Shown here: positions 18,255 through 27,651 of the stretch, piece after piece
Numbering within the stretch: the stretch's first letter is position 1
How the letters are laid out: each line of letters opens with the position of its first letter
DNA from: Mycobacterium sp.
GTDB lineage: Bacteria; Actinomycetota; Actinomycetes; Mycobacteriales; Mycobacteriaceae
Direction of reading: 5' to 3'
Length of the DNA stretch: 32,000 nucleotides
Assembly: GCA_031292665.1 (NCBI GenBank)
Contig: JARLGR010000143.1
Location: forward strand, 1-32,000
Notes under the pieces: generated by a model
Databases searched by the model: none
The model's input: the letters and a program-made list of their open reading frames with translations, nothing else
Told to the model about the DNA's origin: nothing
Translations under genes and position numbers: made by a program

Positions 18255-18284
18255 TTGCCAACGCTCGGACCGAGTTACTAGGAT
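18255..18284 (+). promoter_or_regulatory. Candidate sigma-A-type promoter for mmsA-fadE9-mmsB
   Basis: TTGCCA (18255-18260), an 18-nt spacer, then TAGGAT (18279-18284; fits TANNNT), about 39 nt upstream of the mmsA ATG. This is a locally AT-rich patch in the divergent intergenic region. Confidence 0.35.
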
Positions 18285-18322
18285 ATGCAAGTATCCCCCT
18301 GTTCCGACACCCGAGGGCACCC

Positions 18323-19843
18323 ATGACCGCTCAGATCCCGCACTTCATCGACGGCAAGCGCACCGCCGGCCGGTCCAGCCGCACCGCCGACGTCTTCAAC
18401 CCCAGTACCGGCCAGGTACAGGCGCAGGTGGTGATGGCGGGCAGGGCGGATGTCGACGCGGCGGTTGCATCGGCCGTCGAAGCTCAGAAAGATTGGGGCG
18501 CATGGAATCCGCAGCGCCGCGCCCGCGTGATGATGCGATTCGTCGAGCTGGTCAACGACGCAGGCGACGAACTCGCCGAACTGCTTTCCCTCGAGCACGG
18601 CAAGACAGTGGCCGACGCGCGCGGAGACATCCAGCGCGGGATCGAGGTGATCGAGTTCGCCATCGGTATCCCGCACCTGCTCAAGGGCGACTACACCGAA
18701 GGTGCCGGCCCGGGCATCGACGTCTATTCGTTAAGGCAGCCGCTGGGCGTGGTCGCGGGCATCACGCCGTCCAACTTCCCGGCGATGATCCCGCTGTGGA
18801 AGGCCGGCCCCGCGCTCGCGTGTGGAAATGCCTTCGTGCTCAAGCCGAGTGAGCGCGACCCGTCGGTCCCCGTGCGGCTGGCCGAGCTGTTTCTCCAGGC
18901 GGGCCTGCCGCCCGGCGTGTTCCAGGTCGTGCACGGCGACAAGGAGGCCGTCGACGCGATTTTGGAACACCCCGACATCAAGGCGGTGGGCTTCGTCGGC
19001 AGCTCCGACATCGCCCAGTACATCTACGCCGGGGCCGCGGCCCATGGCAAGCGGTCGCAATGCTTCGGCGGCGCCAAGAACCACATGGTCGTGATGCCCG
19101 ACGCGGACCTCGACCAGGCCGTCGACGCGCTGATGGGCGCCGGGTACGGCAGCGCCGGTGAACGGTGCATGGCGATCAGCGTCGCGGTGCCGGTCGGTGA
19201 ACAGACCGCGGAACGGTTGCGCGCCAGGCTCGTTGAGCGGATCAACAACCTGCGGGTGGGGCACAGCCTGGACCCCAAGGCCGACTACGGCCCCCTGGTC
19301 ACCGAGGCCGCGCTGAGCCGGGTGCGCGACTACATCGACCAGGGCGTGGCCGCCGGCGCGGAGATCGTGATCGACGGCCGCGACCGTCGCAGCGACGACC
19401 TCACGTTCGGTGACGCCAACCTCGAACGCGGATTCTTCATCGGGCCGACTCTGTTCGACCACGTCACCCCCGACATGTCGATCTACACCGACGAGATCTT
19501 CGGTCCGGTGCTGTGCATAGTGCGCGCGCACGACTACGAGGAGGCCTAGCGGTTGCCGTCGGAGCACGAGTACGGCAACGGCGTGGCGGTCTTCACCCGC
19601 GATGGCGACACCGCCCGCGACTTCGTCTCCCGCGTGCAGGTGGGCATGGTCGGCGTCAACGTGCCGATCCCGGTCCCGGTGGCCTACCACAGCTTCGGGG
19701 GCTGGAAACGATCCGGCTTCGGCGACCTCAACCAGCACGGCCCAGCATCGATCCAGTTCTACACCAAGGTCAAGACGGTCACGTCGAGGTGGCCGTCCGG
19801 CATCAAGGACGGCGCCGAATTCGTCATCCCCACAATGAATTAG
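18323..19843 (+). pseudogene. mmsA: Methylmalonate-semialdehyde dehydrogenase (CoA-acylating) interrupted by one in-frame TAG at 19547-19549
   Basis: ORFs 18323-19549 (408 aa, contains GERCMAIS with the catalytic Cys and EIFGPV) and 19553-19843 (96 aa, contains FGGWKRSGFGD) lie in the same frame. Only TAG separates them: ...HDYEEA*RLPSEHEYGNGVAVFTRDG. The two together form a normal ALDH of about 505 aa. Confidence 0.85.
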
Positions 19844-19849
19844 GGCGCC

Positions 19850-21010
19850 ATGTTTACCCTCAACGACGACGAACGGGTGATCACCGAAACGGCCGCCGCG
19901 TTCGCCGCGAAACGCCTCGCACCGCACGCCCTGGAGTGGGACGCCACCAAACACTTCGCGACCGACGTGCTGCGCGAGTCGGCCGAACTGGGCATGGCGG
20001 CGATATATTGCCGAGAGGATGTCGGGGGCAGCGGATTGCGCCGGCTCGACGGGGTCCGCATCTTCGAACAGTTGGCCGTCGCCGACCCCACGACCGCGGC
20101 ATTCCTGTCCATCCACAACATGTGCGCGTGGATGATCGACACGTTCGGCTCCCCCGAACAGCGCAAGGCCTGGGTCCCCTGCCTGGCCTCGATGGACGTC
20201 ATCGCGAGCTACTGCCTCACCGAGCCCGGCGCCGGGTCCGACGCCGCCGCGTTGAGCGCCCGGGCCGTCAAACAGGGCGGCGACTATGTGCTCGACGGTG
20301 TCAATCAGTTCATCTCGGGCGCCGGCGCCTCGGACGTGTACGTCGTGATGGCGCGGACGGGCAGCGAGGGCCCGCGCGGCATCTCGGCCTTCGTCGTCGA
20401 AAAGGGCACGCCGGGGCTGAGTTTCGGAGCGTGCGAAGAGAAGATGGGCTGGCACGCGCAGCCCACCGCGCAGGTGATCCTCGAAGGGGTGCGGGTGCCC
20501 GCCGACGCGATGCTTGGCGGCGCGGACGGCGAGGGCGCCGGCTTCGGCATCGCGATGAACGGCCTCAACGGCGGCCGGCTCAACATCGCGGCGTGCTCGC
20601 TCGGCGGCGCCCAGGCCGCCTTCGACAAAGCCGGAGCCTACGTTCGCGAACGGCAGGCGTTCGGCTCTCCCCTGCTCGACGAGCCCACCGTCCGCTTCAC
20701 CCTGGCCGACATGGCCACCGGCCTGGAGACGTCGCGATTGATGTTGTGGCGGGCCGCAAGTGCGCTGGACGATGACGACCCCGACAAGGTGGAGCTGTGC
20801 GCGATGGCCAAACGCTACGTCACCGACACCTGCTTCGAGGTCGCAGACAAGGCCCTGCAGTTGCACGGCGGCTACGGTTACCTGCGCGAGTACGGGCTGG
20901 AGAAGATCGTCCGCGATTTGCGGGTGCATCGGATCCTGGAAGGTACCAACGAAATCATGCGGGTGGTCATCGGCCGGGCCGAGGCCGCCCGGTTCCGGAA
21001 AACGGCTTAG
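19850..21010 (+). CDS. fadE9: Acyl-CoA (isobutyryl-CoA-type) dehydrogenase
   Basis: 386 aa with ACAD motifs (CLTEPGAGSDAAAL, QFISGAG, LHGGYGYLREYGLEKIVRDLRVHRILEGTNEIMR). It sits between mmsA and mmsB, as Rv0752c does. Confidence 0.9.
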   Translation: MFTLNDDERVITETAAAFAAKRLAPHALEWDATKHFATDVLRESAELGMAAIYCREDVGGSGLRRLDGVRIFEQLAVADPTTAAFLSIHNMCAWMIDTFGSPEQRKAWVPCLASMDVIASYCLTEPGAGSDAAALSARAVKQGGDYVLDGVNQFISGAGASDVYVVMARTGSEGPRGISAFVVEKGTPGLSFGACEEKMGWHAQPTAQVILEGVRVPADAMLGGADGEGAGFGIAMNGLNGGRLNIAACSLGGAQAAFDKAGAYVRERQAFGSPLLDEPTVRFTLADMATGLETSRLMLWRAASALDDDDPDKVELCAMAKRYVTDTCFEVADKALQLHGGYGYLREYGLEKIVRDLRVHRILEGTNEIMRVVIGRAEAARFRKTA

Positions 21011-21020
21011 AAAGGCGCCC

Positions 21021-21896
21021 ATGAGCAGCATCGCGTTTTTGGGCCTGGGCAACATGGGCGCACCGATGTCGGCGAATCTGGTTGGCGCCGGCCACGTCGT
21101 CCGCGGATTCGACCCGGTTCCGGCGGCGGCCGCCGCCGCGACAACCCACGGCGTCACGGCGTTCGACAGCGCGGCCGACGCGGCGGCCGAGGCCGACGTG
21201 GTCATCACGATGCTGCCCAACGGCGACGTGGTCAAACGCTGCTACGCCGAGATCCTGCCCGCCGCGCGCCCGGGCACGCTGTTCATCGACAGCTCCACGA
21301 TCTCAGTCAACGACGCCCGAGAGGTGCACGCGCTGGCGGAATCACACGGGGTCTCGCAGCTCGACGCCCCGGTCTCCGGCGGCGTGAAGGGCGCCGTCGC
21401 CGGGACGCTGGCGTTCATGGTGGGCGGTGACGAGTCGGCGCTCGAGCGGGCCCGCTCGGTGCTGGAACCCATGGCGGGCAAGGTCATTCACTGCGGCGCG
21501 GCCGGGGCGGGGCAGGCCGCCAAGGTGTGCAACAACATGGTGCTGGCGGTGCAGCAGATCGCCATCGGCGAGGCGTTCGTGCTGGCCGAGCGGCTCGGGC
21601 TGTCGGCCCAGTCCCTGTTCGACGTCATCACCGGCGCGACCGGAAACTGCTGGGCGGTGCACACCAATTGCCCGGTGCCCGGGCCGGTTCCGACGTCCCC
21701 GGCCAACAACGCCTTCAAGCCCGGCTTTGCGACCGCGCTGATGAACAAGGACCTCGGGCTGGCGATGGACGCGGTGGCCTCCACCGGTTCGGCCGCTCCC
21801 CTCGGCCGTCACGCCGCGGAGATCTACGCGAACTTCGCCGCCGACCACGCCGATAAGGATTTCAGCGCGGTCATCGAAATGCTGCGCGCCAGCTGA
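21021..21896 (+). CDS. mmsB: 3-hydroxyisobutyrate dehydrogenase
   Basis: The ATG at 21021 gives MSSIAFLGLGNMGAPMSANL (Rossmann motif), 291 aa. The longer ORF from 20760 overlaps fadE9 out of frame and is rejected. Confidence 0.92.
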   Translation: MSSIAFLGLGNMGAPMSANLVGAGHVVRGFDPVPAAAAAATTHGVTAFDSAADAAAEADVVITMLPNGDVVKRCYAEILPAARPGTLFIDSSTISVNDAREVHALAESHGVSQLDAPVSGGVKGAVAGTLAFMVGGDESALERARSVLEPMAGKVIHCGAAGAGQAAKVCNNMVLAVQQIAIGEAFVLAERLGLSAQSLFDVITGATGNCWAVHTNCPVPGPVPTSPANNAFKPGFATALMNKDLGLAMDAVASTGSAAPLGRHAAEIYANFAADHADKDFSAVIEMLRAS

Positions 21897-22016
21897 TTCA
21901 GCCGAATACGTTTTCACAACCCGCCCCCGAGCGGCACCGCTGTCGCTGCGAGGCGGGCACAAAGGCACACCCGGCCCACCCCGGGACTTAGTGGGGCGTA
22001 TGTGACTACAGCTGGG

Positions 22017-22523
22017 TCAGAAGTCGCCCGCGTCACGCCGCAACGTTTCGATGGACGACGCCAGGGCTCGCGATTCACCGGCGTCCATCCCGATGTCGGC
22101 GAACACCTGCTCGTTGAGCGTGACGGTGGCATCCTCCACCGTCGAGCGGCCCAGGTCGGTGATCTGCACCAGCGTCGTGCGCCCGTCGGTGGGGTGCGGC
22201 ACCCGCTGCACCAACCCGTCGGCCTCCAGTCGGCGGATCGCGTGGGTCACGCTGGTCACGTGGACCTGCAGTCGGTCGGACGCCTTGGTGATGGGCAGCG
22301 CTCCGGCCCGGCTGAACGCCAGCAGCCGCAGCAACTCGTAGCGGGAGAAACTCAAGTCGTATGGACGCAGCGCGGTCTCGACGCGAGCCAGCAGGATCTG
22401 GTGCGCGCGCATCACCGAGGTGACCGCGACCATGCCCTGCGCCACGTCGCCCCACCCCGCACGTTCCCAGTTGGCCCGCGCCAACGCGATTGGGTCGCGC
22501 TTGTGGGGTCTGGCGGCGGGCAC
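22017..22523 (-). CDS. MarR-family transcriptional regulator (Rv0737-like)
   Basis: Winged-helix core LSFSRYELLRLLAFSRAGALPITKASDRLQVHVTSVTHAIRRLEADGLVQRVPHPTDGRTTLVQIT. The GTG at 22523 is preceded by GAAGGGG and lies 17 nt after the rslA stop, giving 168 aa. The longer ORF to 22667 overlaps rslA. Confidence 0.85.
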   Translation of the reverse strand: MPAARPHKRDPIALARANWERAGWGDVAQGMVAVTSVMRAHQILLARVETALRPYDLSFSRYELLRLLAFSRAGALPITKASDRLQVHVTSVTHAIRRLEADGLVQRVPHPTDGRTTLVQITDLGRSTVEDATVTLNEQVFADIGMDAGESRALASSIETLRRDAGDF

Positions 22524-22540
22524 GCCCCTTCTTACCGCAC

Positions 22541-23266
22541 TTACAGCGATCGCTGCAGCAGAACCTGACCGCTGTCGACGGCCACCACTTGCACGGCCGC
22601 GATCTGGTCGGCCGGCATCGAGATGCTGCCCGCGGGCGTCGCGGTGTGGCCCGGTTCGGCCACCCACGTCGCCAGCCGGGTCTGACTGCCGTCGCGGCCG
22701 ACCACGACCATCGCCAGCGTGTCATGGTGCGCGGTCAGGGGAGCCAGGCACACACAGTTCAGGTTGATCGACGTCCCCCAATGCTGGCTGCTGACCTGCA
22801 CGGTCGAGGTCAGCAAGGTGGTACCGACCTGCGCCATCGGCTGCGCGGAAGCCGCTACCTGGTGCGTGGGCGCCGAGGAATACTCCTGGACGCCGACGAA
22901 CACGCCGATGCCCAGCAGGACCGCTGCCGCGGCCAGCCACGCCGCCGTCCGGCTGCGGCGGCGCCGCCAGCGCACCATAGACAGCAGCGACGGCAACAGC
23001 TCCGGCGAGAGCTCCGGCGCCGCCCCGCACTCGGCGCCCAGGCCTTTCATGGCGGCCACTTCCCCGCGGTCCAGCCGCGAGAGCAGCGCCGGCACGCCAC
23101 TCAGGTCGGCGACGGCCTCGCGGCAGCCCGGGCAGGCGACCATGTGGTCCTCGAACTCCCGACGCTCGGCCGCAGACAAGGACCCCAGCACGTAAGCCGC
23201 GTCCCACAACGCGTACGGGTCAGCGGCCGGCCCGGTACACGGTAGCGGCGTCCTGATGTCGTTCAT
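22541..23266 (-). CDS. rslA: Zinc-binding (ZAS) anti-sigma-L factor, single-pass membrane protein
   Basis: FEDHMVACPGCREAV is the HxxxCxxC ZAS motif. A TM helix (AAWLAAAAVLLGIGVFVGV) follows. The gene lies directly downstream of sigL. Confidence 0.85.
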   Translation of the reverse strand: MNDIRTPLPCTGPAADPYALWDAAYVLGSLSAAERREFEDHMVACPGCREAVADLSGVPALLSRLDRGEVAAMKGLGAECGAAPELSPELLPSLLSMVRWRRRRSRTAAWLAAAAVLLGIGVFVGVQEYSSAPTHQVAASAQPMAQVGTTLLTSTVQVSSQHWGTSINLNCVCLAPLTAHHDTLAMVVVGRDGSQTRLATWVAEPGHTATPAGSISMPADQIAAVQVVAVDSGQVLLQRSL

Positions 23267-23297
23267 GTCCTGTTACCCCTCACGTGTTCGGAGCCCG

Positions 23298-23831
23298 TCA
23301 TCGCGTGACTCCCAGTTCCTGGAGAGTGAGCCGCAACGCCCGAACGGCGTAATGCAGTCGCGACTTCACGGTCCCCTCGGCGATCTGCAGGTCGGTGGCG
23401 ATCTGCGCGGTGGTCCACCCCCGGTAGTACGACCGCTCGATCACGGCCCGATGCTCGCCGGACAGTTGGGCCATCGCGTCGGCGATGAGCAGTCGGTCGA
23501 GCGCCGCGTTGACCTCGTCCGGCGTGGACTGCTCAGGCGCGCCGGATTCGTCCGTCGACCCGACGACGTTGCGGAACCTCGCGCTGCGCCTGTCGTCGAT
23601 GATCAAGTTGCGAGCCACGGTGAATAGCCACGCCCGCGCCGACCGCTGGGTGTCGCCGATGACCTCGGGATGCTGCCAGGCTCGCAACAGCGTCTCCTGG
23701 ACGACGTCCTCGGACTGGCTCGGGTCCCCGGTCAGCCGCAGCGCGTAGCGCCACAACACCGCGGCGTGCTCGTCGTAGAGCGCCTTCATCAACGCGGCTT
23801 CGGCAGCCGCGGTGCCAGCCACACGCGCCAC
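23298..23831 (-). CDS. sigL: ECF sigma factor SigL
   Basis: 177 aa, the same length as M. tuberculosis SigL. Region 2 is LYDEHAAVLWRYALRLTGDPSQSEDVVQETLLRAW and region 4 is EHRAVIERSYYRGWTTAQIATDLQIAEGTVKSRLHYAVRAL. Its position between map and rslA fits. Confidence 0.9.
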   Translation of the reverse strand: MARVAGTAAAEAALMKALYDEHAAVLWRYALRLTGDPSQSEDVVQETLLRAWQHPEVIGDTQRSARAWLFTVARNLIIDDRRSARFRNVVGSTDESGAPEQSTPDEVNAALDRLLIADAMAQLSGEHRAVIERSYYRGWTTAQIATDLQIAEGTVKSRLHYAVRALRLTLQELGVTR

Positions 23832-23852
23832 TCGGTCACCTCCGCTTACTGA

Positions 23853-23879
23853 AACGGGCGGACTCGGCGTTTAGTTCAA
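23853..23879 (-). promoter_or_regulatory. ECF-type promoter candidate upstream of sigL (TTGAAC-N17-CGTT)
   Basis: The minus strand reads gTTGAACtaaacgccgagtccgccCGTTtcagtaagcGGAGGtgaccgaGTG. The -35-like GAAC and -10-like CGTT are 17 nt apart. GGAGG lies 7 nt before the sigL GTG. The map TGA stop (23876-23878) lies inside the -35 hexamer. Confidence 0.5.
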
Positions 23880-24676
23880 CCGATTGTCAGTATGCGCGGC
23901 CCGGCGTCGGTTACCGCGACCGTGTGTTCCCAGTGGGCGGCGCGCGACCCGTCGGTGGTGGTGACCGTCCATTGGTCGTCGAGCACCACCGTCTTGCCCG
24001 TTCCCAGGGTCAGCATCGGTTCGATGGCCAGCACCGAACCGAGGGCCAGCAGCGGGCCGCGCCCCGGCGAGCCCTCGTTGGGCAAAAAGGGGTCCATGTG
24101 CATGTGCCGGCCGATGCCGTGGCCACCGTAGCCCTCCACGATCCCGAACGCGCGTCCGTAGCGGGCCTCGGCCGCGCGGGTTCCGGTTTCGATGGCGTGC
24201 GCCACGTCCGTCAGCCGATTCCCGGCGACCATCGCCTCGATCCCGGCCTCCAGCGACGCCCTGGTCGCCTCGCAGAGCGCCTCGTCGGCCGGATCCAGCG
24301 TCCCGACCCCGAAGGTGATCGCCGCGTCCCCGTGCCAGCCGTCCAGCACCGCGCCGCAGTCGATGGACACCAGGTCCCCCGGCGCGAGGATCTCCGCAGC
24401 GGACGGGATGCCGTGGACCACCCGGTCGTTGACCGACGAGCAGATCGACGCCGGGTAGCCGTGATAGCCCAGAAACGACGGGACCGCGCCGGCCTCGCGG
24501 ATCACCGACTCGGCGATCTGGTCGAGGCTCAGGGTCGACGCCCCCGCCACCGCGGCCGCGCGCACGGCGCGCAGCGCGGCAGCCACCACGGCGCCGGCCG
24601 CCGCCATCGCGTCGAGTTCGCCGGCGCTGCGCTGCGGCACCACCCTGCGACTGCGCAGGCGGACCAGCGCCCTCAC
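23876..24676 (-). CDS. map: Type I methionine aminopeptidase
   Basis: The GTG at 24676 gives [28 protein letters not shown]..., 266 aa, the length of M. tuberculosis MapA. Metal-ligand motifs are [23 protein letters not shown] and AIEPML. The 473-aa ORF in the track is an out-of-context upstream extension across adk. Confidence 0.95.
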   Translation of the reverse strand: MRALVRLRSRRVVPQRSAGELDAMAAAGAVVAAALRAVRAAAVAGASTLSLDQIAESVIREAGAVPSFLGYHGYPASICSSVNDRVVHGIPSAAEILAPGDLVSIDCGAVLDGWHGDAAITFGVGTLDPADEALCEATRASLEAGIEAMVAGNRLTDVAHAIETGTRAAEARYGRAFGIVEGYGGHGIGRHMHMDPFLPNEGSPGRGPLLALGSVLAIEPMLTLGTGKTVVLDDQWTVTTTDGSRAAHWEHTVAVTDAGPRILTIG

Positions 24677-24678
24677 GG

Positions 24679-25224
24679 TTACTTGCCCAGCGCTTGCAGG
24701 GCGCGGGCGAATACTTCGTCGACCGTGCCGACGGCGTGGACGGTCTTCACCTCGTCGCTGTAGTACTCCAAGAGCGGCGCGGTCTCGTCGCGATAAACCT
24801 TCATCCGGTTGAGGATCACCTCGTCGGTGTCGTCGGCCCGGCCGCGCTCTTTGAGCCGCTGCAGCAATTCCTCCTCGGAGACACGGAATTCGACGACGGC
24901 GTCGATGTCGGTGCCCCGACGGTCGAGCATTTCGTGCAGCGCTTTGGCCTGCTCGAGCGAGCGCGGATACCCGTCCAGGATGAAACCGTTTGCCGCATCG
25001 GGTTCGTTCAGCCGGTCGTCGACGAGCTGGTTGGTCAGCTCGGAGGGCACCAGGTCGCCGGCGTCCAGGTAACGCTTGGCCTCCACGCCGAGTTTCGTCC
25101 CGTGCCCGATGTTGCTGCGGAAAAGTTCGCCGGTGGAGATCTGCGGGATCCCGAGCTTCTCGGAGAGCTTCTGAGCCTGCGTGCCCTTGCCCGCCCCCGG
25201 CGGACCCAGCAAAACGACTCTCAC
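24679..25224 (-). CDS. adk: Adenylate kinase
   Basis: [36 protein letters not shown] (P-loop), 181 aa. Its GTG start overlaps the secY stop (GTGA at 25221-25224). Confidence 0.97.
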   Translation of the reverse strand: MRVVLLGPPGAGKGTQAQKLSEKLGIPQISTGELFRSNIGHGTKLGVEAKRYLDAGDLVPSELTNQLVDDRLNEPDAANGFILDGYPRSLEQAKALHEMLDRRGTDIDAVVEFRVSEEELLQRLKERGRADDTDEVILNRMKVYRDETAPLLEYYSDEVKTVHAVGTVDEVFARALQALGK

Positions 25225-26546
25225 TTGAGGAACCCTTCATAGTTGCGCTGCATGAGCTGACTTTCGATCTGCTTGACCGTATCCAAACCGACGCCAATCA
25301 TGATCAAAACCGCCGTACCGCCGAACGGCAAATTCTGCACCGCTCCGCCATTGCCAATCTGCAGGAAAAGATTCGGCAGTACCGCGATGGCGCCCAGATA
25401 GATCGAGCCGGGCAGGGTAATCCGGCTCAGCACATAACGCAGGTAGTCGGCCGTGGGCTTGCCCGGCCGAATGCCGGGGATGAATCCGCCGAACTTCTTC
25501 ATCTCGTCGGCCCGTTCGTCGGGATTGAACGTGACCGAAACGTAGAAGTATGTGAAGAAGATGATGAGCCCGAAATAGATGCCGATATAGACGGGATCGC
25601 TCGGGTCGGACAGGTAAGTGCCGACGAACTTGTCCCACCAAGTGTTGCCCACCCCGCCGCTGCCGCTGCGGATGAGCTGGGTGATCAGGTGCGGGATGTA
25701 GATGAGCGACGACGCAAAGATCACCGGGATGACGCCGGCCTGGTTGACCTTGAGCGGCAGGTACGTCGAGGTTCCGCCGTACATGCGGCGGCCGACCATG
25801 CGCTTGGCGTATTGCACGGGAATTCGGCGCTGGCCCTGTTCCACGAATACCACGCCGACGATGATGGCCAGCGCGGCGACGCAGACCGCGGCGAAGATGG
25901 CCCCACCCCGGCTGTCCAGGATGGACTTGCCTTCACCGGGAATGCGGGCGGCGATTCCGACGAAGATCAGCAGGGACATGCCGTTGCCGATGCCGCGCTC
26001 GGTGATCAGCTCACCCATCCACATCACCAGCGCCGCACCGCCGGTCATCACGAGCACAATCACGACCAGCGTGAAGATGCTCTGGTCGGCGATGATGTCC
26101 AGCGTGCAGCCCTGCAGCAGCCCGCCGTTGGCCGCCAGGGCCACGATGCTGGTGGCCTGCAGGACGGCCAGCGCGACGGCCAGGTAGCGGGTGTACTGCG
26201 TCATCTTGGCCTGGCCGGACTGACCCTCCTTGCGCAATTCCTCGAACCGCGGGATGACCACGGTGAGCAGCTGCGTGATGATGCTGGCGGTGATGTAGGG
26301 CATCACCCCCACGGCGAACACCGTGAGCTTGAGCAGCGCACCGCCGGAGAACAGGTTGATCAGCGAGTAGATCTGTCCGGCCGCGCCGTTGCTGACCTCC
26401 TTGATGCACTCCTGCACGTGCGGATAGTTGACACCGGGAGACGGCAGCGCGGCCCCGACCCGGTAGAGAAGGATGATGCCAAGGGTGAAAAGGATCTTCC
26501 TTCTCAAGTCGACTGTCCGCAGCGACGAGATGAAAGCCGAAAGCAC
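25221..26546 (-). CDS. secY: Preprotein translocase subunit SecY
   Basis: From the GTG at 26546: (M)[38 protein letters not shown]..., 441 aa, the length of M. tuberculosis SecY. The 11 upstream codons in the track are rejected. Confidence 0.97.
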   Translation of the reverse strand: MLSAFISSLRTVDLRRKILFTLGIILLYRVGAALPSPGVNYPHVQECIKEVSNGAAGQIYSLINLFSGGALLKLTVFAVGVMPYITASIITQLLTVVIPRFEELRKEGQSGQAKMTQYTRYLAVALAVLQATSIVALAANGGLLQGCTLDIIADQSIFTLVVIVLVMTGGAALVMWMGELITERGIGNGMSLLIFVGIAARIPGEGKSILDSRGGAIFAAVCVAALAIIVGVVFVEQGQRRIPVQYAKRMVGRRMYGGTSTYLPLKVNQAGVIPVIFASSLIYIPHLITQLIRSGSGGVGNTWWDKFVGTYLSDPSDPVYIGIYFGLIIFFTYFYVSVTFNPDERADEMKKFGGFIPGIRPGKPTADYLRYVLSRITLPGSIYLGAIAVLPNLFLQIGNGGAVQNLPFGGTAVLIMIGVGLDTVKQIESQLMQRNYEGFLK

Positions 26547-26718
26547 TCTATCCTCCTGCGCAGCGGGGTCATCCTGCATTACGCGCCCAACACCCGCAGG
26601 CCAGGACGTACGGCGTCGCGCGTCAAATCGTGTACGAGACTAACAGCTGGTCCGACGAAGTTCGGGTCAAGGGCCGTGTTCTGTTGCCTCGTTGCAGTCG
26701 CTAAGTAAATTGGAGCAC

Positions 26719-27651
26719 ATGACACGCACTGATCAAGACACCTGGGATTTGGCCTCCAGCGTCGGTGCGACGGCCACGATGGTCGCCGCTGCGCGCGCTC
26801 TGGCCAGCGACGGCCCCAACCCGATCATCGACGACCCGTTCGCGGCGCCCCTGGTGCGGGCGGTCGGTCTGGACTTCTTCCGCCGACTCGTCGACGGCGA
26901 CATACCAAGATCCGGGGTCGGATCCGAGGCCTATGAGGGCAGCGTGAAGGACATGGCATTGGAGACCGACTCCATCGCGGTGCGGACCCGCTTCTTCGAC
27001 GACTTCTTCCTCAACGCCGCACGCGACGGCGTTCGCCAGGCGGTGATTCTGGCCGCGGGCCTCGACGCGCGCGCCTACAGGCTGAACTGGCCTTCCGGGA
27101 GCGTCGTGTACGAGGTCGACCAGCCCAAGGTCGTCGAGTTCAAGAGCGCCGCGATGCAAAACCTGGGCGCCACCCCGACCGTGGACCGGCGGACCGTCAG
27201 CATCGATCTGCGGGAGGACTGGCCGGCCGCGTTGCGCCGCAGCGGGTTCGACGCGACCCAGCCGACGGCGTGGAGCGCCGAGGGTCTGCTGATGTACCTT
27301 CCCCCCGAGGCCCAGGACCGGCTGTTCGACAACATCACCGAACTCAGCGCGCCGGGCAGCAAACTGGCCACCGAATACCACCCCAACTCGGGTGCGACGA
27401 TGACGCAGCGCGCAGAGGAGTTCAACGACCGGTGGGCCAAGATCGGATGCGACATCGACCTGTCGGGACTCTTCTTCGACGGCGAGCGCAGCAACGTCGT
27501 CGACTACCTGACGGAGCGGCGCTGGCAGGTGAACAGCCGGCCGCGGCGGGACCTGTTCGGCGACTACGGCCTGCAATTCCCCGACGACCCCGAAGCCGGT
27601 GAGATGGCGCAGTTCCGCAACATCGTCGCCGTCACCGCGACGCTGAGTTAG
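26719..27651 (+). CDS. Class I SAM-dependent methyltransferase (Rv0731c-type, putative O-methyltransferase family)
   Basis: The ATG at 26719 follows GGAG (26712-26715). MTRTDQDTWDLASSVGATATMVAAARA, QAVILAAGLDARAYRL and VYEVDQP are the signature of the mycobacterial family with Leu carboxyl methyltransferase-like features; 310 aa. Confidence 0.88.
   Translation: MTRTDQDTWDLASSVGATATMVAAARALASDGPNPIIDDPFAAPLVRAVGLDFFRRLVDGDIPRSGVGSEAYEGSVKDMALETDSIAVRTRFFDDFFLNAARDGVRQAVILAAGLDARAYRLNWPSGSVVYEVDQPKVVEFKSAAMQNLGATPTVDRRTVSIDLREDWPAALRRSGFDATQPTAWSAEGLLMYLPPEAQDRLFDNITELSAPGSKLATEYHPNSGATMTQRAEEFNDRWAKIGCDIDLSGLFFDGERSNVVDYLTERRWQVNSRPRRDLFGDYGLQFPDDPEAGEMAQFRNIVAVTATLS

Noticed and set aside
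10739-18322. Accessory segment considered as a mobile element or genomic island with an integrase or IS
   Set aside because: I could identify no transposase, integrase or recombinase ORF, no flanking tRNA, and no terminal inverted or direct repeats. Only the 12.3-13.8 kb sub-region has a deviant GC content.
20760-21020. Upstream extension of mmsB (378-aa ORF)
   Set aside because: It overlaps the fadE9 3' end out of frame. The ATG at 21021 precedes the Rossmann motif and follows the fadE9 stop by 10 nt.
18731-21235. 834-aa ORF on the minus strand spanning mmsA, fadE9 and mmsB
   Set aside because: It is antisense to three well-supported genes. The translation is Arg/Gly/Ala/His-rich low complexity with no motifs, typical of long spurious ORFs in high-GC DNA.
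21920-21957. GC-rich stem (CCCGCC...GGCGGG with inner AGCG-gcac-CGCT) between the convergent mmsB and MarR genes as a bidirectional terminator
   Set aside because: The stems are short and interrupted, with no U tract on either strand. This is not enough for a terminator call, though mycobacterial terminators often lack U tracts.
24677-25297. N-terminal extension of map (the 473-aa ORF 23876-25297) across adk
   Set aside because: The extension overlaps adk out of frame and is Arg-rich. The GTG at 24676 gives the expected 266-aa Map, starting 2 nt after the adk stop.
24990-26708. 572-aa plus-strand ORF opposite adk and secY
   Set aside because: It is antisense to two essential, perfectly conserved genes, and its composition is Arg/Asp/Gly-rich with no recognisable domain.
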